The position numbers and the translations under genes were made by a program. Positions 13,672 to 27,397 of a stretch of 64,000 nucleotides of DNA are shown piece after piece (positions within the stretch are counted from its first letter, which is position 1; each line of letters opens with the position of its first letter). The stretch covers positions 15,128,001 to 15,192,000 of the forward strand of contig OZ024747.1 of NCBI GenBank assembly GCA_964016885.1. Direction: 5' to 3'. The notes beneath the pieces were generated by a model. It was not told the DNA's origin. It ran no database searches and was given only the letters and a program-made list of their open reading frames with translations. The stretch is from Eledone cirrhosa. Taxonomy: Eukaryota.

Positions 13672-13723
13672 AAATAAATTGTCTTCAAATCCTTGATATG
13701 AGGGAGAAGAAGATAATTCGTTT

Positions 13724-13797
13724 TCACCTGACGAAATCAGTGATAATCGATCATGGCCGCACGATCGATCTATCTCTTATTGAAACATGTGTCGTGA
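13724..13797 (+). ncRNA. Type I hammerhead ribozyme with extended stem II
   Basis: tcac-CTGACGA-aat..gata-atcgatc...gatcgat-c-tatc..att-GAAA-CATGTG-TC^gtga; stem III ACAUGUGU is self-complementary with G-U pairs. Confidence 0.82.
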
Positions 13798-13834
13798 TTA
13801 AAATGATTGGATATTTATACCATGTCTTCGGATC

Positions 13835-13888
<54 letters not shown>

Positions 13889-14212
13889 GATAAATCTACC
13901 AAAATATACGGTAGTGTCCAATCCGTATGAAGGACTCAATGTAATCCAAATATCATGAAGAGAGATGTATTCAACATTTTTTCGATGAAAAACACAGGAA
14001 AACAGAGTCAAAATAAATTAATAAAAATAATGAATAAAACAAAGAAACAGTTCCTTATATTAAAAAATTCATCATTTTACGATCGTTTCTAGGATATATA
14101 TGTGTGTGTTGGTATGTAAAATGTTTACAAACTATCAGAGGGAATATACATACCTACACATATATATGCTGTCTTCAGAAATAATGTATATATATAATAA
14201 TATATATATATA

Positions 14213-15018
14213 TATGAAAACGGAGAAACAGACGGTTATTAGGAAGAAAAAAATATTTTTTTTTCCTTTTTTGTTTCTCTTTCTCTTTTTTCTGGGTTAG
14301 AAAATGATTAAAACGAAATGTTTTACTTTGTGTGAAGTGTTAAGGTATTAGTTGATTTATTTATTATTTAACAATGGCATTTATTTATCTATTTATATAT
14401 TTAATTATTGCCTCCATCATGGAATCATGGATCATCTAAGCACTCTTGCTATATTAACACATTTTAATCTACTTAACTTCAATAACTATGCCTGTAAATA
14501 ACATTATTTTTTCTTTCACATTGACTTTTTATGCTATAGTAAAATGTATTAGTGTGGTGTCGCACATGATAAACAGAAGGTGCAGAAAGAATAATGTTAT
14601 TTACAAACAAGGTTTATGAAGTGAAAAGAAAAAAGAAAAAGTAAAAAAACGTGCATAATGATGCACGTTTTTTTACTTTTTCTTTTTTCTTTTCACTTCA
14701 TAAACCTTGTTTGTAAATAACATTATTCTTTCTGCACCTTCTGTTTATCATGTGCGACACCACACTAATACATTTTACTATCATTTGCTAATGCATAAAA
14801 ATTCTGAAACCGGTAATAGACAATAATTAAATATATAAATAGATAAATAATTGCCATTGTTAAATAAAAAATAAATCAACTAATACCTTAACACTTCACA
14901 CAAAGTAAAACATTTCGTTTTAATCATTTTTAACCCAGAAAAAAGAGAGAGAGAAACAAAAAAGGAAAAAAATAATATTTTTCTTCCTAATAATCGTCTC
15001 TTTCTCCCTGTTTTCATA
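14213..15018. mobile_element. Nested inverted-repeat Penelope-like terminus
   Basis: Outer arms about 14213-14410 and 14821-15018. Inner palindrome about 14536-14781 (about 120-bp arms, 4-nt loop). Decayed HHR at 14788-14815 (CTAATGC...GAAA-CCGG-TA). 14416-14457 reads IMESWII*AL, weakly like a GIY-YIG C-terminus. Confidence 0.75.
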
Positions 15019-15069
15019 TATATATATATATATATATATCCTAACTCGTGTGCTTCCTCTCCACATTTT

Positions 15070-15155
<86 letters not shown>

Positions 15156-15214
15156 ATTTGACCAATTCCTTGTTAGTGCGATTTGGTAGACGGAAATATA
15201 TATATATATAAACT

Positions 15215-15368
15215 GGTTCCACAGGCTCAATCTCTGTCTACCAAATTACACTAAAAAGGCATTGGTCAAATCGAGGCTACAGCAAAACATGCTTGGCCAC
15301 AACCGATGAACCCAAAAACCCCGTTATTGCGAATGGAACTCTTTAACCACAGTTCTACGCCTGTGCCT
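15215..15368 (-). mobile_element. Degenerate tRNA/CORE-like SINE
   Basis: Minus-strand head ggcacaggcgtagaactgtggttaaagagttc, then ggccaagcatgttttgctgtagcctcg. Related degenerate copies at about 34930-35060, 35740-35835 and 55030-55190. Confidence 0.55.
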
Positions 15369-15912
15369 GTATTAATACTATTTTCATTTAATTTCATTTT
15401 TTTTTTTTTTTTTTTTACACATTTTGCCGTGATTGTCAAGAAGCATGACGGGAAACATTTCAGCGAACCTAACACGCACCAATGTTTTCTATTTCCCTCT
15501 CCCAGCTTCTCTTATTGCTTAAATCAAACTAACACCCACACTACTACCACCAGCGTTTACGAAAGCTTACACTAGAAAGCAGAAATGCTGATGTCCCTTT
15601 TTCATTAAAACTAAAACAGATATAGGAGGATGGTGGTCAAGGGAATACAGGGCAGAGAGAGCCTACTGGTTTACTCAAGGGGGCAAAGGGATGGTAATGT
15701 AAGTGTATTTCAAGGGGGTTAGTGACATTTTTGTCACAGATATTGCTTCGTATATTTACGTATAGTCGATGCCTTGTCGTGTAGTTAATATCGTTGTTAA
15801 TATAATGTAACACACGTTATGGTTATCAGAGCCGTGTGTTCTCTCAAGTGGTTGGTTATATAACACCAACATTATTTTAAAGTGTAATAACACACACATA
15901 CACAACACATAC

Positions 15913-15969
<57 letters not shown>

Positions 15970-15990
15970 TATATATATATATATATATAT

Positions 15991-16182
15991 AACGAAGGAA
16001 ATGTGGTAAGGAACCAAGTGGACCATAACGCACCAAATTACTCAATACTTAGGGTAGTAGAGTGGGTAATAGGAACGAATAGGACCCCGACGGCTGAGCT
16101 CAAGCCGTTTCGACGGCTAATTCTGGAGTCCAGAATTAGCCGTCGAAACGGGTTGAGCTCAGCCGTCGGAGTCCTACTCGTT

Positions 16183-16185
<3 letters not shown>
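15991..16185. mobile_element. Family B mini-element with about 57-bp fold-back
   Basis: Palindrome centred on ctgga-g-tccag (about 16127). The sense arm reads GAAA-CGGGT-tgagctc-AGCCG-TC^ggagtc (HHR stem III and GUC triplet). Confidence 0.82.
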
Positions 16186-16240
<55 letters not shown>

Positions 16241-16242
<2 letters not shown>

Positions 16243-16373
16243 ATCCCGGTGTAAATCGGGAGACGCACCACTGTCACGAAAGGTATTTCATTTTATTATA
16301 GAAATGACTTCTACGAGACAGGAGTTGTTTCATTCGCAAGAAATCACCAGGAAAATCCTGCAGAAGTCTTTTA
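16241..16373 (-). mobile_element. Family F mini-element (diverged), interrupted by a Helitron
   Basis: Minus strand: ttc-CTGGTGA-tttc(ttgc)gaat-GAAACAACTCCTGTCTCGTAGAAG; the short sense arm tcctgcagaagtctttta resumes as tataataa after 17785. Confidence 0.65.
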
Positions 16374-17785
16374 TTTATATATATGAAACTGAGGATGTCT
16401 GTGTGTGTGTGAGTTTGAATCCCTAAAACTCGAGAAGCACCCAACCGACTGTTTTCAAACTTTACACATGTAATACTTATGTGTCAGGGAGTGATCTGAG
16501 CATAAAGAAATCTCAAAATGTCAGTGCCCTAGGGACCGCATTAGGCGATTTAGCGATCTCTCTCTATAATTCTTAGTCTTTCTCTTTTTAGACAGATACA
16601 TACATATAACGTCGCGCCCTTATAATATCTGTCTGTATGGCTGGCTGTCTGCATTATGCCACTCCCCACAATTCCATATGCGTCCAGAACGCGCCCTTAT
16701 AATATATGTCTGTATGTCTGGCTGTCTGCTGCCTCCGGTTATTTTGCCACCCTTGCTCAAGACAAATCTCACAATTGTTGATGGTTACCCCTCCTTACTG
16801 GGGTGTCAGTGAATGGCTTACACGGCCCTTTTAAGGGCCCTTGAAATAGCTGATGGCGACCCTTTCGTTTAGGGCTGCCAGTGAATGCGCACACGCCTCG
16901 GGGCCCATTTTATTGCACCATTCCTCTTTAAATTTCTTAAATTATACCCACAGTTTGGTAAACGTTTGTCCAGTTGCATTACTTACTAAGGTGCGGTGGA
17001 CTCCTTCGAGAAGGCTCCACATGCTGTCCGATTGCACGTCATACCTTGCTCAAGCATTGCAGACTTCCCTCTGGCATAAATGGTGACATCTGTCCTGCTG
17101 ACTCATGCCACTTTATTAAAGTACAAAAGCACCAAGCCGATATTTCTCCACGTGGAATGAGAAGCATACCTAATACTAATTGCATCAAATTATTCGGTTT
17201 ATTTTTTTACATATTGTCCAGGCATGCAGTTTTCCCATGATTAGGTCTGTTGGCGGCCCGCGTTATATTTCAGGGAGTGTTATGCACATAAAAAATTCAA
17301 CTTTTTGATCCCCTAGGGCTGACATTAAGTGAAAAACTACGTTTTTTCAGCTTTTTAGGGGTATTTTGAGGGGTTACGTCAGACTGATTTCCTTGAAATT
17401 GTAACTATGTATTAGTCAGTCTCTTCTTAATATCGTGAGCAAAGAAAATCCTACTTTTTATGGCCTAGGGCCCGCATTAGGTGAAAAACTTCATTTTTTC
17501 AGCTTTTTAGGGCTTTTTTTAGGCGTTACGTCTAGCCGATTTTCCCGAAATTTTAAGGCATATTATGAACATAAAAAAATTCATTTTCTTGGTGCCCTAG
17601 GGCCCGCATAGGTTGAAAACCTGCATTTTTCCTGCTTCGTCGAGGAAAATCTTATCCAGCCATCAGAGTATTCGGTTTATTTTCTTTACATATAGTCGAG
17701 GCATGCAGTTTTTCCACGATTAAGTTTGTTGGCGGCCCGCGTTCCAAAATACCTTATCACGAGCAACGCCGTGTACCACTGCTAG
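16374..17785 (+). mobile_element. Non-autonomous Helitron
   Basis: 3' hairpin cacgagcaacgccgtg followed by CTAG|T at 17782-17786. 5' A|TTTATATATATGAAA (TC>TT) then gtctgtgtgtg. Internal repeats: 16609/16688, 17187/17669 and ctagggc units at 17290-17640. No TSD. Confidence 0.8.
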
Positions 17786-18187
17786 TATAATAATAAAATT
17801 ATATATATATATATTATCCATAAATGTGAAGATCCGTTTGACATTAAAAAAACACTGGGAAAATTTGAAATATGAAATATAGTCGCCCCAAAGTAAATGG
17901 CTATAACAAGTGCTGATCGCTATGTATAAATAATAGTTGAAAAAATCAGATAAATTACATTAGTAAAAGACAGAACAGACTGAGACGCCTGTTTGAATCG
18001 ATACAAGCATCTCTCGGGTTAGGCTTGGTTCGGAGCCTCTTAGGCGAATGGTTAAACCATGCACCCTTAATCCGAGGGGTGCGATCTTCGATTGTTCGTA
18101 GGCGTCTTTGATCCCTTTCTTCTATTTCCAGGTTTACTTTATGCTATTTTCTCATGCTTTGCGTCATAGAGTTGCAGCTCTTTACGT

Positions 18188-18497
18188 TTAAGGGCCCTTG
18201 AAATAGCTGATGGCGACCCTTTCGTTTAGGTGAACGCGCGCACGCCTTGGGGCCCATTTTATTGCACCATTCCTCTTTAAATTTGTTAAATTATGCCCAC
18301 AGTTTGGTAAACGTTTGTCCAGTTGCGTTTTCAGCTTTTTAGGGGTATTTTGAGGCGTTACGTCAGACCGATTTCCTTGAAATTGTAACTATGTATTAGT
18401 CAATCTCTTCTTCATACCGTGAGCAAAGAAAATCCAACTTTTTTATGGCCTTGGGCCCACATTAGGTGAAAAACTTCATTTTTTTCAGCTTTTTAGG
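18188..18497 (+). mobile_element. Internally deleted duplicate of Helitron internal sequence
   Basis: Matches about 16830-16978 joined to about 17345-17508; followed by a partial S1 SINE at 18498-18630. Confidence 0.75.
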
Positions 18498-19034
18498 ACC
18501 GAGGTTAGCTTTGCCTTTCATCCTTACAAGGTCAATAAACAAAAGACCACTAATGGAATGGGGTCGATTTGATCGACATTCCCTTCCCTCAAAATTGTTG
18601 GTCATGTTCTTAAATCAGAAATATTTATTTATCATTTATCATCAAGTCATTTACACTGGGACCACTATATTTAAAATGTTGAATTTTCGGATGCTCACAG
18701 ATATACAAACATATACATATGTACTTACATACATACATAGAGACATATACATACACACACAAACATACACATACACTAACATATATATGCGTGTGTCTCA
18801 TACACAAACAATAGCGAGGCCCCAGCATGGCCTCATCCTGTCGGCTGGTACACGCATACTCACACACACAAATATATACGTATGTTTATGTGTAGCAATA
18901 GATAGACGCGTATGAGTGTGCGCACAAACGTGTATGTTTGTGTGTTTATATATATGCATGTCTATATCTATTGTAATTAACAAGAGTGACTTATAGCTAG
19001 TTATTGCTCGTGCAAAGTTACACACATATATACA

Positions 19035-19292
19035 TCAGGTCGGAACACAGAGGAACCAAACTGCCACTGTCATTGCCTCTGTCTCTCCCGTCTGCCCCTT
19101 CTTATGAGCAAATGGGGTCCTACGGGCTTGCCGCCCCACGTCCCGGGCTGACAGAATAGAGAAGGCGTTTCCCCGGAGGATGGTAACAAAGACGCGCCGG
19201 AAGAGCCATTCCAGTTCGCGAGGCACACACCTGCGGCTAGCCAGCTCTGCGCCTATGGTGGTGAGTAAGGATGTGGCCCAAGAGGATGAACG
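19035..19292 (-). mobile_element. 3' fragment of a CRE-like (RLE) non-LTR retrotransposon
   Basis: Minus frame PRELEWLFRRVFVTILRGNAFSIL resembles the CRE C-terminal pRe..wl.QRlsvavqRGNAa.il motif. Confidence 0.65.
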
Positions 19293-20097
19293 GTAGAAAG
19301 CCGAAATAAATTATTTACTGCGGTTTCATTCAATAACATTGTGAGCAAAAATCACATACTGGCTTGGAATGTTGTTTTCCGACATCTCTTTAGTCCACGT
19401 TAGACTGGTAATCGATAAAAGAAATCGAATAGTCGTCAATTCAATTGACTTTACATAAATTGTGTGTGTAATATATTGACGAGAATCTAGCAACCATAAA
19501 CAAGAAATTCTTCAACAACAGAAACGATAATCTGCCCTTGCTTTTCACTTTCTTCAATATGTTTCCTCTCTCTCTCACTCTATCTCTTTCTCTTCCTCAC
19601 TTTCTCTCTCCCTCTCTCTCTTCCACACATTCTCCCCCCCCCCTCTCTCTCTCTCGCCTTTGTTTCATGGGTTACCAACTCTACCCGGACAATTAAATAG
19701 ATTAAATAAATAAATAAATAAATAAATAAACAACATCTCTTAGACTTTCTTAACCTTGTCGCATTAAACAAATAATTGTCGTTTTATAAACCATAAAACA
19801 GTGCCCATTCATTATTTCAATAACCTTTTAAATCTTCCTATTGTGCTTATTGGGTTCATATACCGGTCAAAATTCAATGGACCTTAGCCATTTGATTACT
19901 TACAAATGCGACCTTCCCTTTGACTTTAATGCGCTAGTGACACGTTTACCACCAAACGTTTTAAGAAAAAGAAAAGTTTCTATTCACTAATGTATAAGTG
20001 ATAAAAACAAAACGACCCCCCCCCCCCACATACACACACGCACACACACACACACGCGCACACACACACACACATATTTATATATATGTATTTAAAA

Positions 20098-20350
20098 AAT
20101 ACAGAAAATGTTTATACAGGACTAGAACTGTCCCATTCGGGAAAATGAAACAGGTTTGTAGAAGCCTTTTCTATAATAAATATTTATACTCTGCTTTGTA
20201 TTGAGTACCTTACTTACTGGTGTTGCCCCCTATTGAACCCGGGATAAATTTATATATATATAAGTTATTCGTGGTTGAATCGGAGGTAACCACAGTAAGT
20301 AAGGTACTCAATATATAGCAGAGAGTAAATGTTTTCCTGTAGAAGCTCTT
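20098..20350. mobile_element. Two family F mini-elements in opposite orientations
   Basis: 20098-20250 has an inversion at stem II then GAAACAG..TTGTA-gaagcc and the family tail; 20270-20350 is an antisense tail. Confidence 0.75.
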
Positions 20351-20391
<41 letters not shown>

Positions 20392-20441
20392 ATATGTATA
20401 AATAGAATACATATGTATTATATTTATATATATATATATAT

Positions 20442-20555
20442 CTGATGATATGGGATCGATTGTGCATTGGATATCGAATGCTCTACTAAATATATAATAT
20501 TATAGATGTAGCGAGATCTAGCCAAATAGATGTCTATTGAAACGTACGTAAGAAC
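20442..20555 (+). ncRNA. Hammerhead motif with long stem II insert, 5' stem I lost to (TA)n
   Basis: CTGATGA-tatgggatc...gatgtctatt-GAAA-CGTACG-TA^agaac; palindromic stem III ACGTACGT; AATAAA just downstream. Confidence 0.6.
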
Positions 20556-20597
20556 CGAATAAATCTCTTTTACTGCATCTTTCTGTTCTTTTTAATT

Positions 20598-20673
<76 letters not shown>

Positions 20674-20748
20674 GGGGGGGGAGGAGATGTAACTAGTAAC
20701 TGGCTAAGACTAATAACATCGAAACTGTACGGAGTTGACCGTTATGTT

Positions 20749-21290
20749 AATAATTATTTCTACTTTTGGCACAAGGCCAGCAATTACTCCAGTGCATTAC
20801 TGGTACTTTATTTTATCGACCCCGTAAGGGTGAAAGGCAAAGTTAACCTCAGCGGGATTTGAACTCAGACCGTAAAGGCCGTATCTGTATGCTGGAAAGC
20901 ATGATTTCCGACTCTCTACTGATACTGCCAATCCACCTCTGATTTAGGCACAAGGCCAGCAAATTTGGGGGAGGGGGAAGTCTATTAAATCGACCACAGT
21001 ACGTGACTGGTACTTTAATTTATCGACCCCGTAAGGATGAAAAGCAAAGGTAACCTCGGCGGGATTTGAACTCAGATCCTAAAGGGCTGTAACTCTATGC
21101 TACAATGCATGGCATTTACCAATACAATGCATGACATTTACCGACCCTTTAGAAATACTGCCAATCCACCGCCCTGAACGTCAGATTAATAATGATTTCT
21201 CTATAGGCACAAGGCCAGAAATATGTTGGGGAGGGTAAAGTCCATTATATCGACCCCGGCGCATTACTGGTGCTTTATATTATTGACCCT
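20749..21290 (-). mobile_element. Tandem cluster of 3 S1 SINEs
   Basis: Short variant 20749-20937, long variant 20938-21174, partial copy 21187-21290. Confidence 0.9.
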
Positions 21291-22094
21291 TGGATCGATG
21301 AAATATAATATTAGATAGCATATTACAGAAAAGTGCCTACATAAATGGGACATTTATGATGCACGTTCCTGCTTCTGCCATTCCACTATTCCTTACGAAT
21401 TTACAACAAAGAGAAAAATATATCGATAACTGCAATTACAGTTACAATAGAAATCAATAAAGGAATCACTAAATGCTGTACTCAGTATAATATTAATATT
21501 ATGTTCTGTCGTATAATACCTCACTATATATATATCTGGACCAATTTGGAACGATGTCAAACAACACTTCTCTTCTCTTTTTACTTAAATGATAAGAATA
21601 GAAGATAATATCCCGTGGATATTTGTAACTGATACTGGTTAATATCATTAGCTTGAAAGGTGCCAGCTTGAAATCATTATATATAATATTGCCATCCAGC
21701 TTTAAACGACTACAAACCGTCTATTTCAAATCTATAATTATTACGAATTTAAAACTGGATTACTGATTTTGTCTACAAAACAACAACAAAAAATAACAAC
21801 ATAAAATCGATGTGAAGAATATTTTTATGCTCGTTGAATTAAATATTCTAATATTAAATGTATTATGATATTTTTCCAAACAGGTGTTGTACAGAATTAT
21901 GTATTCGCAAGCCAGTTTACCATCTTGAAATTTTTATTTTGTATATTTCTATTGGGTATTGAATATCTATGACTACATAATCTAATGTGAGATTCCAAAT
22001 AGTGAAAGCTTGTTCAATCGAGTGTTCAGGCACCAGTCATTCTCCAGAAGGAGACCTTGAAAGTTTAGTTGTTGAGAGAGTGACCATGAAAGAA

Positions 22095-22216
22095 ATAGTT
22101 GTTTCTACATTTGACACAAGGCCAGCAATTACCCAGTGCATTACTGGTGCTTTATTTTATCGGCCCCGTAAGGATGAAAGGCAAAGTTAACCTCGGCGGG
22201 ATTTGAACTCAGAACA
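22095..22216 (-). mobile_element. 5'-truncated S1 SINE
   Basis: Short variant from tail to B-box, flanked by the direct repeat catgaaagaaatagt (TSD-like). Confidence 0.85.
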
Positions 22217-23041
22217 TGAAAGAAATAGTATTGGTTGCCTTGATGACCAGTAACAGATAATTTGATCTAAGCTGACGATAAAGTCCTACTCAAGAACTGG
22301 GGTTGATTTAATCAACTTTATCCTCTCTCCGAGGGAAATGAATATCAACAGATAATAAATTTCGTAAGTCATTTTTGTCATAGTTACCACATTCGATTTA
22401 TAGCTTTTTTAGTACGTTTGTTTTCACACTTATATTTGCTTTTAACATATATTCCACAGAAAGATGAGATACAGTAAATAAAACAATATAAAAATGCAAT
22501 GGATACAGATGAGCAAGAATTTCATTGAGAATGTTACAGAATTTGCGACAAAAAACTGATAGTTAATTATTACAATTAAATAACTACCCGGATAATAACT
22601 TATTCGAAAGATGGGTTAGTTACATGACTAATTATAAAACCGAAGTGAAATGGTTCATTGGCAGCACGGCATATCCAAAATAAAGCAATAACTGTTTCAA
22701 CACTCGCTTTCTCACCAGTAAGCCTTCAAAACAACTAGAAACTGATTTACTTTTCAGTTATGTATTTTCAACTTGTCTGTAATTGTGCTATTAACAGGTT
22801 TGAAATGGCGGTCAAATTCTGATTTCTTCAAAGGAAATGGATTCACAATCAAGATAAAGATTTGTTTTTAGTAAAAACCTTTATGTATTAGTGTGACGTT
22901 AAAGAATTAGCTTTACAATGTCGTGGTTTCATTTTCAATTTCACTGCGTGGCAGTTTGGTCAAATGACTTCTATAGTCTCGTGTCCTCTTCCAATTTCTT
23001 CTGTGGGAATTTTGATCAACGGAGACTACAGAATATGCCCA

Positions 23042-23101
<60 letters not shown>

Positions 23102-23207
23102 GTGTGTGTGTGATTGCATATTTATATATATCTGTAAATATATATATATATATTTTGACAACCTCAAAATTGTTAATCCAATTCTCTAACCACTCAGCCA
23201 CACGCCT

Positions 23208-23466
<259 letters not shown>

Positions 23467-25825
23467 CGGGTGAGTCCATACATATATATATATGGTTATG
23501 TCTGTTTATGTCATGTAATGTAGCAGTTCGACAAAATAGATCAATAAAGAAGCACCAGTCTTTAAAAAATAAATCATTGGCCAACATGATCAACTATATT
23601 CCTGCCCTATGTCTGAAACCAACAAAGGAATAATAAATGATAAAAGAATAAACTCTATGAAATAATATTTTTAAAGGTGAGTATCTTATAGTATTTTTTG
23701 TTTTGTTTTAGATTTGTTATCATTTATTTTGTTTAACTCTTGGTCAACTATGCATGGGCAGACCTATTTGATCAAAGACATGGCTATTTCGTGTATTCTT
23801 TTTCAGACAATGTATCTAGGATGACACCATCAAATGCCTGTACTCTTTTTTTCAAGACGTTAATGTGTGGTTTTTAAAAATGTTATTTACTGTTTCTAAG
23901 AGATTTGTGATCTTGGTACAACAACGATAGCTTGCTGAATAGCCATTGTTTAGACCCTGATCAACCTTGATTGAACATAACTAAGAGGAAAGGCTTACAT
24001 CTATGACCATCTTGCCTGTTTTCCATGCATTGTATTCACTTCGGATTACACTATTTAATCAGTCATTTCCTAACATAAAACGATAGTTTGGGATATAATT
24101 GCATGGATAAGTAAAGTAGGTCTAAATACTATTTTTTAAGATAGTGTGGGTGTTGTTTAGCCAAGGCCAGACGGATAATTAAATGTATTCTTTTTTCAGA
24201 GACAGATCTAATATGAAAATATTTAATGTGTTCTTTCGTTTTTAAGACCTGCGATCGAGTAGCCGCTCCTTCGTTGCAATGTCATAATACTTTTTTTCCC
24301 ATGGCACCTACATACAGCTATGTTCTATTGGACATTGAACAGTTTTTATTTGTTTTCATTGTTTGCTAATTAGTTTTATTTTTTCTTCCACAGAGACTGT
24401 GCTACAATGATGACGCCAGCGTTTAATGAAAGTCATTCTTTACATGAGTTTCTATTCCGTAGGGAGTGCGTCTTTGCTAGAAACATCAAGATTTCCGTCT
24501 CAGAATTCCACACGGTCTTCATTAAAGAAATTCGTCGATTTCGAAAACGACGAGTTTCTTAGAAGAGTATTTTTAATTTAAGGCTTTGCATAACTTGGAT
24601 TACATTTAGTTGTAGCTCCAGGACGACGTCTGCAGGACAGCCTTAGGACAAAACGTCTTGAAGTAGATGTTCCGAATCTCTGCTTTTAGAGTTTTCATCC
24701 TGTCTAGGTCAAATTTGACTTTCATCCTTTCAGGGATAGATAAAATAAAAAAAAAATGAATTATTAGTCAAGTAGTCAGATTGATTTCTCATGTAATTCC
24801 TCTACATTTGAATTTCTTGCCTTGTGCCTATGTAAGAAAGCGTTAGGTTAGATTTAGAGTAAAACTTCGCTATGAAGAAATAAATTAGAATACAACATAT
24901 CAGAGAAAAGTCGAAAGTGAATATGCGTGATAAACCGGCAGGTTCGGCAATGAGCATTTTGTTGTTCACTCTATAAAAGAATACCAACTTATCAATCTAG
25001 CATGTAGACGTCTCAGTATTGTTCGGACGCAGTATTCTCGGATGAAATCAGCTTTGAATTGCAGGTATGAGCCAAACGTAGAGAGAAAAGAATCAATAAC
25101 ATTTTAGGATTGGTATTTATTTGTGGATTTCGAAAGGATGTGAGGTAAAAAGTGACATCGAACGTGGGTAGTTAACTCTGGGCACAGAAAGCCGAAACAT
25201 TTTATCCTTCTTTTTAATTCTAATGGAATTGACTACAGAATTCAAATAGCAAGATAATCTAATTTATAGGTGAGGATTTGTAATGAATATAATCTCGCAA
25301 CTTATTTAACACTTAGCAAAATTTGAGTGAAAATTAACAATATTGTTGTCAACATTTCATGTTTAATTAACACAAGAATATGTAGGTAATGTCTCTAAAA
25401 TTGGTGGAATTTAAAATGACAGATCTGAGGCCGTTGACTGCAATGTAGTAAGTGTTGAGTGCTTGACAAACTGAGGTGCTTAATCTTCGATCTAAATTTG
25501 ATTGAGCTGTGTACATATCTCGCTACATTCTCTAACACCTTCATAAAATGTATGAACATTACAACTTCCACTTTACCCCCACACTACGCTGTGATTATGT
25601 ACGACATTCGTTGATTGTTGCTTCTGATCGCTAAAAGGTTGTCGTTGCTGTTAATTTACTTTACTGTTGTAGCTGTTGCTGTTTTTATTTATCCTTCGGT
25701 AATCGCTATGTCCAAAGACGTTCCAGTCAAGATCATCTCACATTTTTTTATATCTAAAGATAAATTTTAAAATGTCTCTCGCTTTTTTTGTTTTTTGTCA
25801 AATGGTAGGATATACTTTCTTAATA

Positions 25826-26070
25826 CTTATGCCCTCCCGTACAGTCAGCCGTCTTTTACATCGGACAGACAGAAGGCGCCAATCATCTCGGTTCTGTGAT
25901 AATTCGCCTGCTTTTTCTCATGTGAAGTTATGCTGTTTTAAGTCATCTCTGAAAGCATAGCACCAGGCTTTCTTGGAGCTTCTCGTCTTCCTTCTTTCTT
26001 CTGGTGTTATTCAAATCGTATAGTTATGGCTATTTATAGTTCTGGCATTCAGAATACTTATCTCCGAGCT
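25826..26070 (-). mobile_element. 3' fragment of an RTE-clade LINE
   Basis: Minus frame TPEERRKTRSSKKAWCYAFRDDLKQHNFT*EKAGELSQNRDDWRLL resembles the RTE C-terminal GRP..W....D.....W....A.DR..WR motif. Confidence 0.65.
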
Positions 26071-26828
26071 GCCCGAATACTGAGTCGGTTGAGGTGTGGT
26101 GAAAAGGGACACATTCACATATTGGTTTAGGTAAATTTAGCAACTGTTTCTATCAAATCTATTTACCCTATACAGACTTCTACCTTACTACAAACTCTGT
26201 TATGTAAAGAATTAATATACTCTAAATATTTATGGCCCAGCATTCGAAGACGTGACGACTCAAATAAAGTATATAATTATGATAATGATCTAATTAATTC
26301 CCATAAAGCAATAACAGTTCACTATTGTACAATTTCAAAATAAAACATGAGGCGATGAGCAGCAAAGTTGACTTCGGGTCGACTTGAACTAAACGTGTAG
26401 ACAGCTGATACTCTCCATACTAACAATATGTTATGTAATAAATATTTCTAAAAGAGGCAAAAGTCCACGCAATTTGGGAAAAACATTTGGAGAATCGATT
26501 TCATTCATTTAGGAACTACTTGACTGGCATTCATTCCTACGACCAGGAAAGGCTGAAAGCAAAGCTGAAACATACTATATAGACGAAAGTAGGAAATACA
26601 CTTTAGTTAGTGCATACAAATTCGGGGAGACAACATACTAAATACAAAATAAAGAGGAATATAAAGTCAACATTCACTAGTGTGACTCCGATTTTCATAT
26701 TTTATATCATGAAGCTATAATTTACCAAAGCTGATGCATTTGAATATTAGTAAAAGTATATATATTGTTAAATATACACTGCCTGTATTAACGAATTTTA
26801 GACTTTCATTACACACACACACACACAT

Positions 26829-27020
26829 AAAGGTTTCTGGATTACAGACGTATATATTATTATCGTATGTAATCCAGAAACCTTTGGTAATGGAGTAGTT
26901 ATATTTTGTGATGGAGTAGTTATATTTTGTGATGTTCTATACATAGAGCACTCTTTTTTCCTTTGCATTTCCTTTGGAATTACGTAACACAAAAACATAT
27001 ATTTATTATTTCTGTTTACT
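26829..27020 (+). mobile_element. Mini-element related to 10960-11150, folded back in stem II
   Basis: aaaggtttctggattaca...tgtaatccaGAAA-CCtttGG-TA; same stem III and the same acatagagcactcttttttccttt tail as the 11 kb copy. Confidence 0.75.
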
Positions 27021-27024
27021 TTTT

Positions 27025-27074
<50 letters not shown>

Positions 27075-27076
<2 letters not shown>

Positions 27077-27213
27077 CAAAGGTGTGGTAAGATATCAGGT
27101 GGACAATAACGCACCAGAGTACTCGATACTTAGTAGAGTGGGTAATAAGAAAAATTCGTATCTAGCTGTCAAAACAGCCGCAGCTCAGCCGTCGGGGTCC
27201 TCACTCTTTTCCT
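27075..27213. mobile_element. Family B mini-element with internal inversion
   Basis: Antisense 3' part, then sense tagctgtc...cagccgtcggggtc...ttttcctata; same breakpoints as 3758-3886. Confidence 0.8.
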
Positions 27214-27217
27214 ATAT

Positions 27218-27279
<62 letters not shown>

Positions 27280-27295
27280 TGTTACATATATATAT

Positions 27296-27397
<102 letters not shown>

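Larger units (their letters stand above)
13420..13841. mobile_element. TA-flanked element with about 120-bp inverted arms, each containing a hammerhead
   Basis: Arms about 13553-13674 and 13721-13841 with 5 substitutions seen; the left copy continues to 13420. Confidence 0.85.

Noticed and set aside
24378-24480. Good splice acceptor (ttttttcttccacag) followed by possible exon
   Set aside because: No convincing reading frame, donor or partner exon; it cannot be supported without transcripts.
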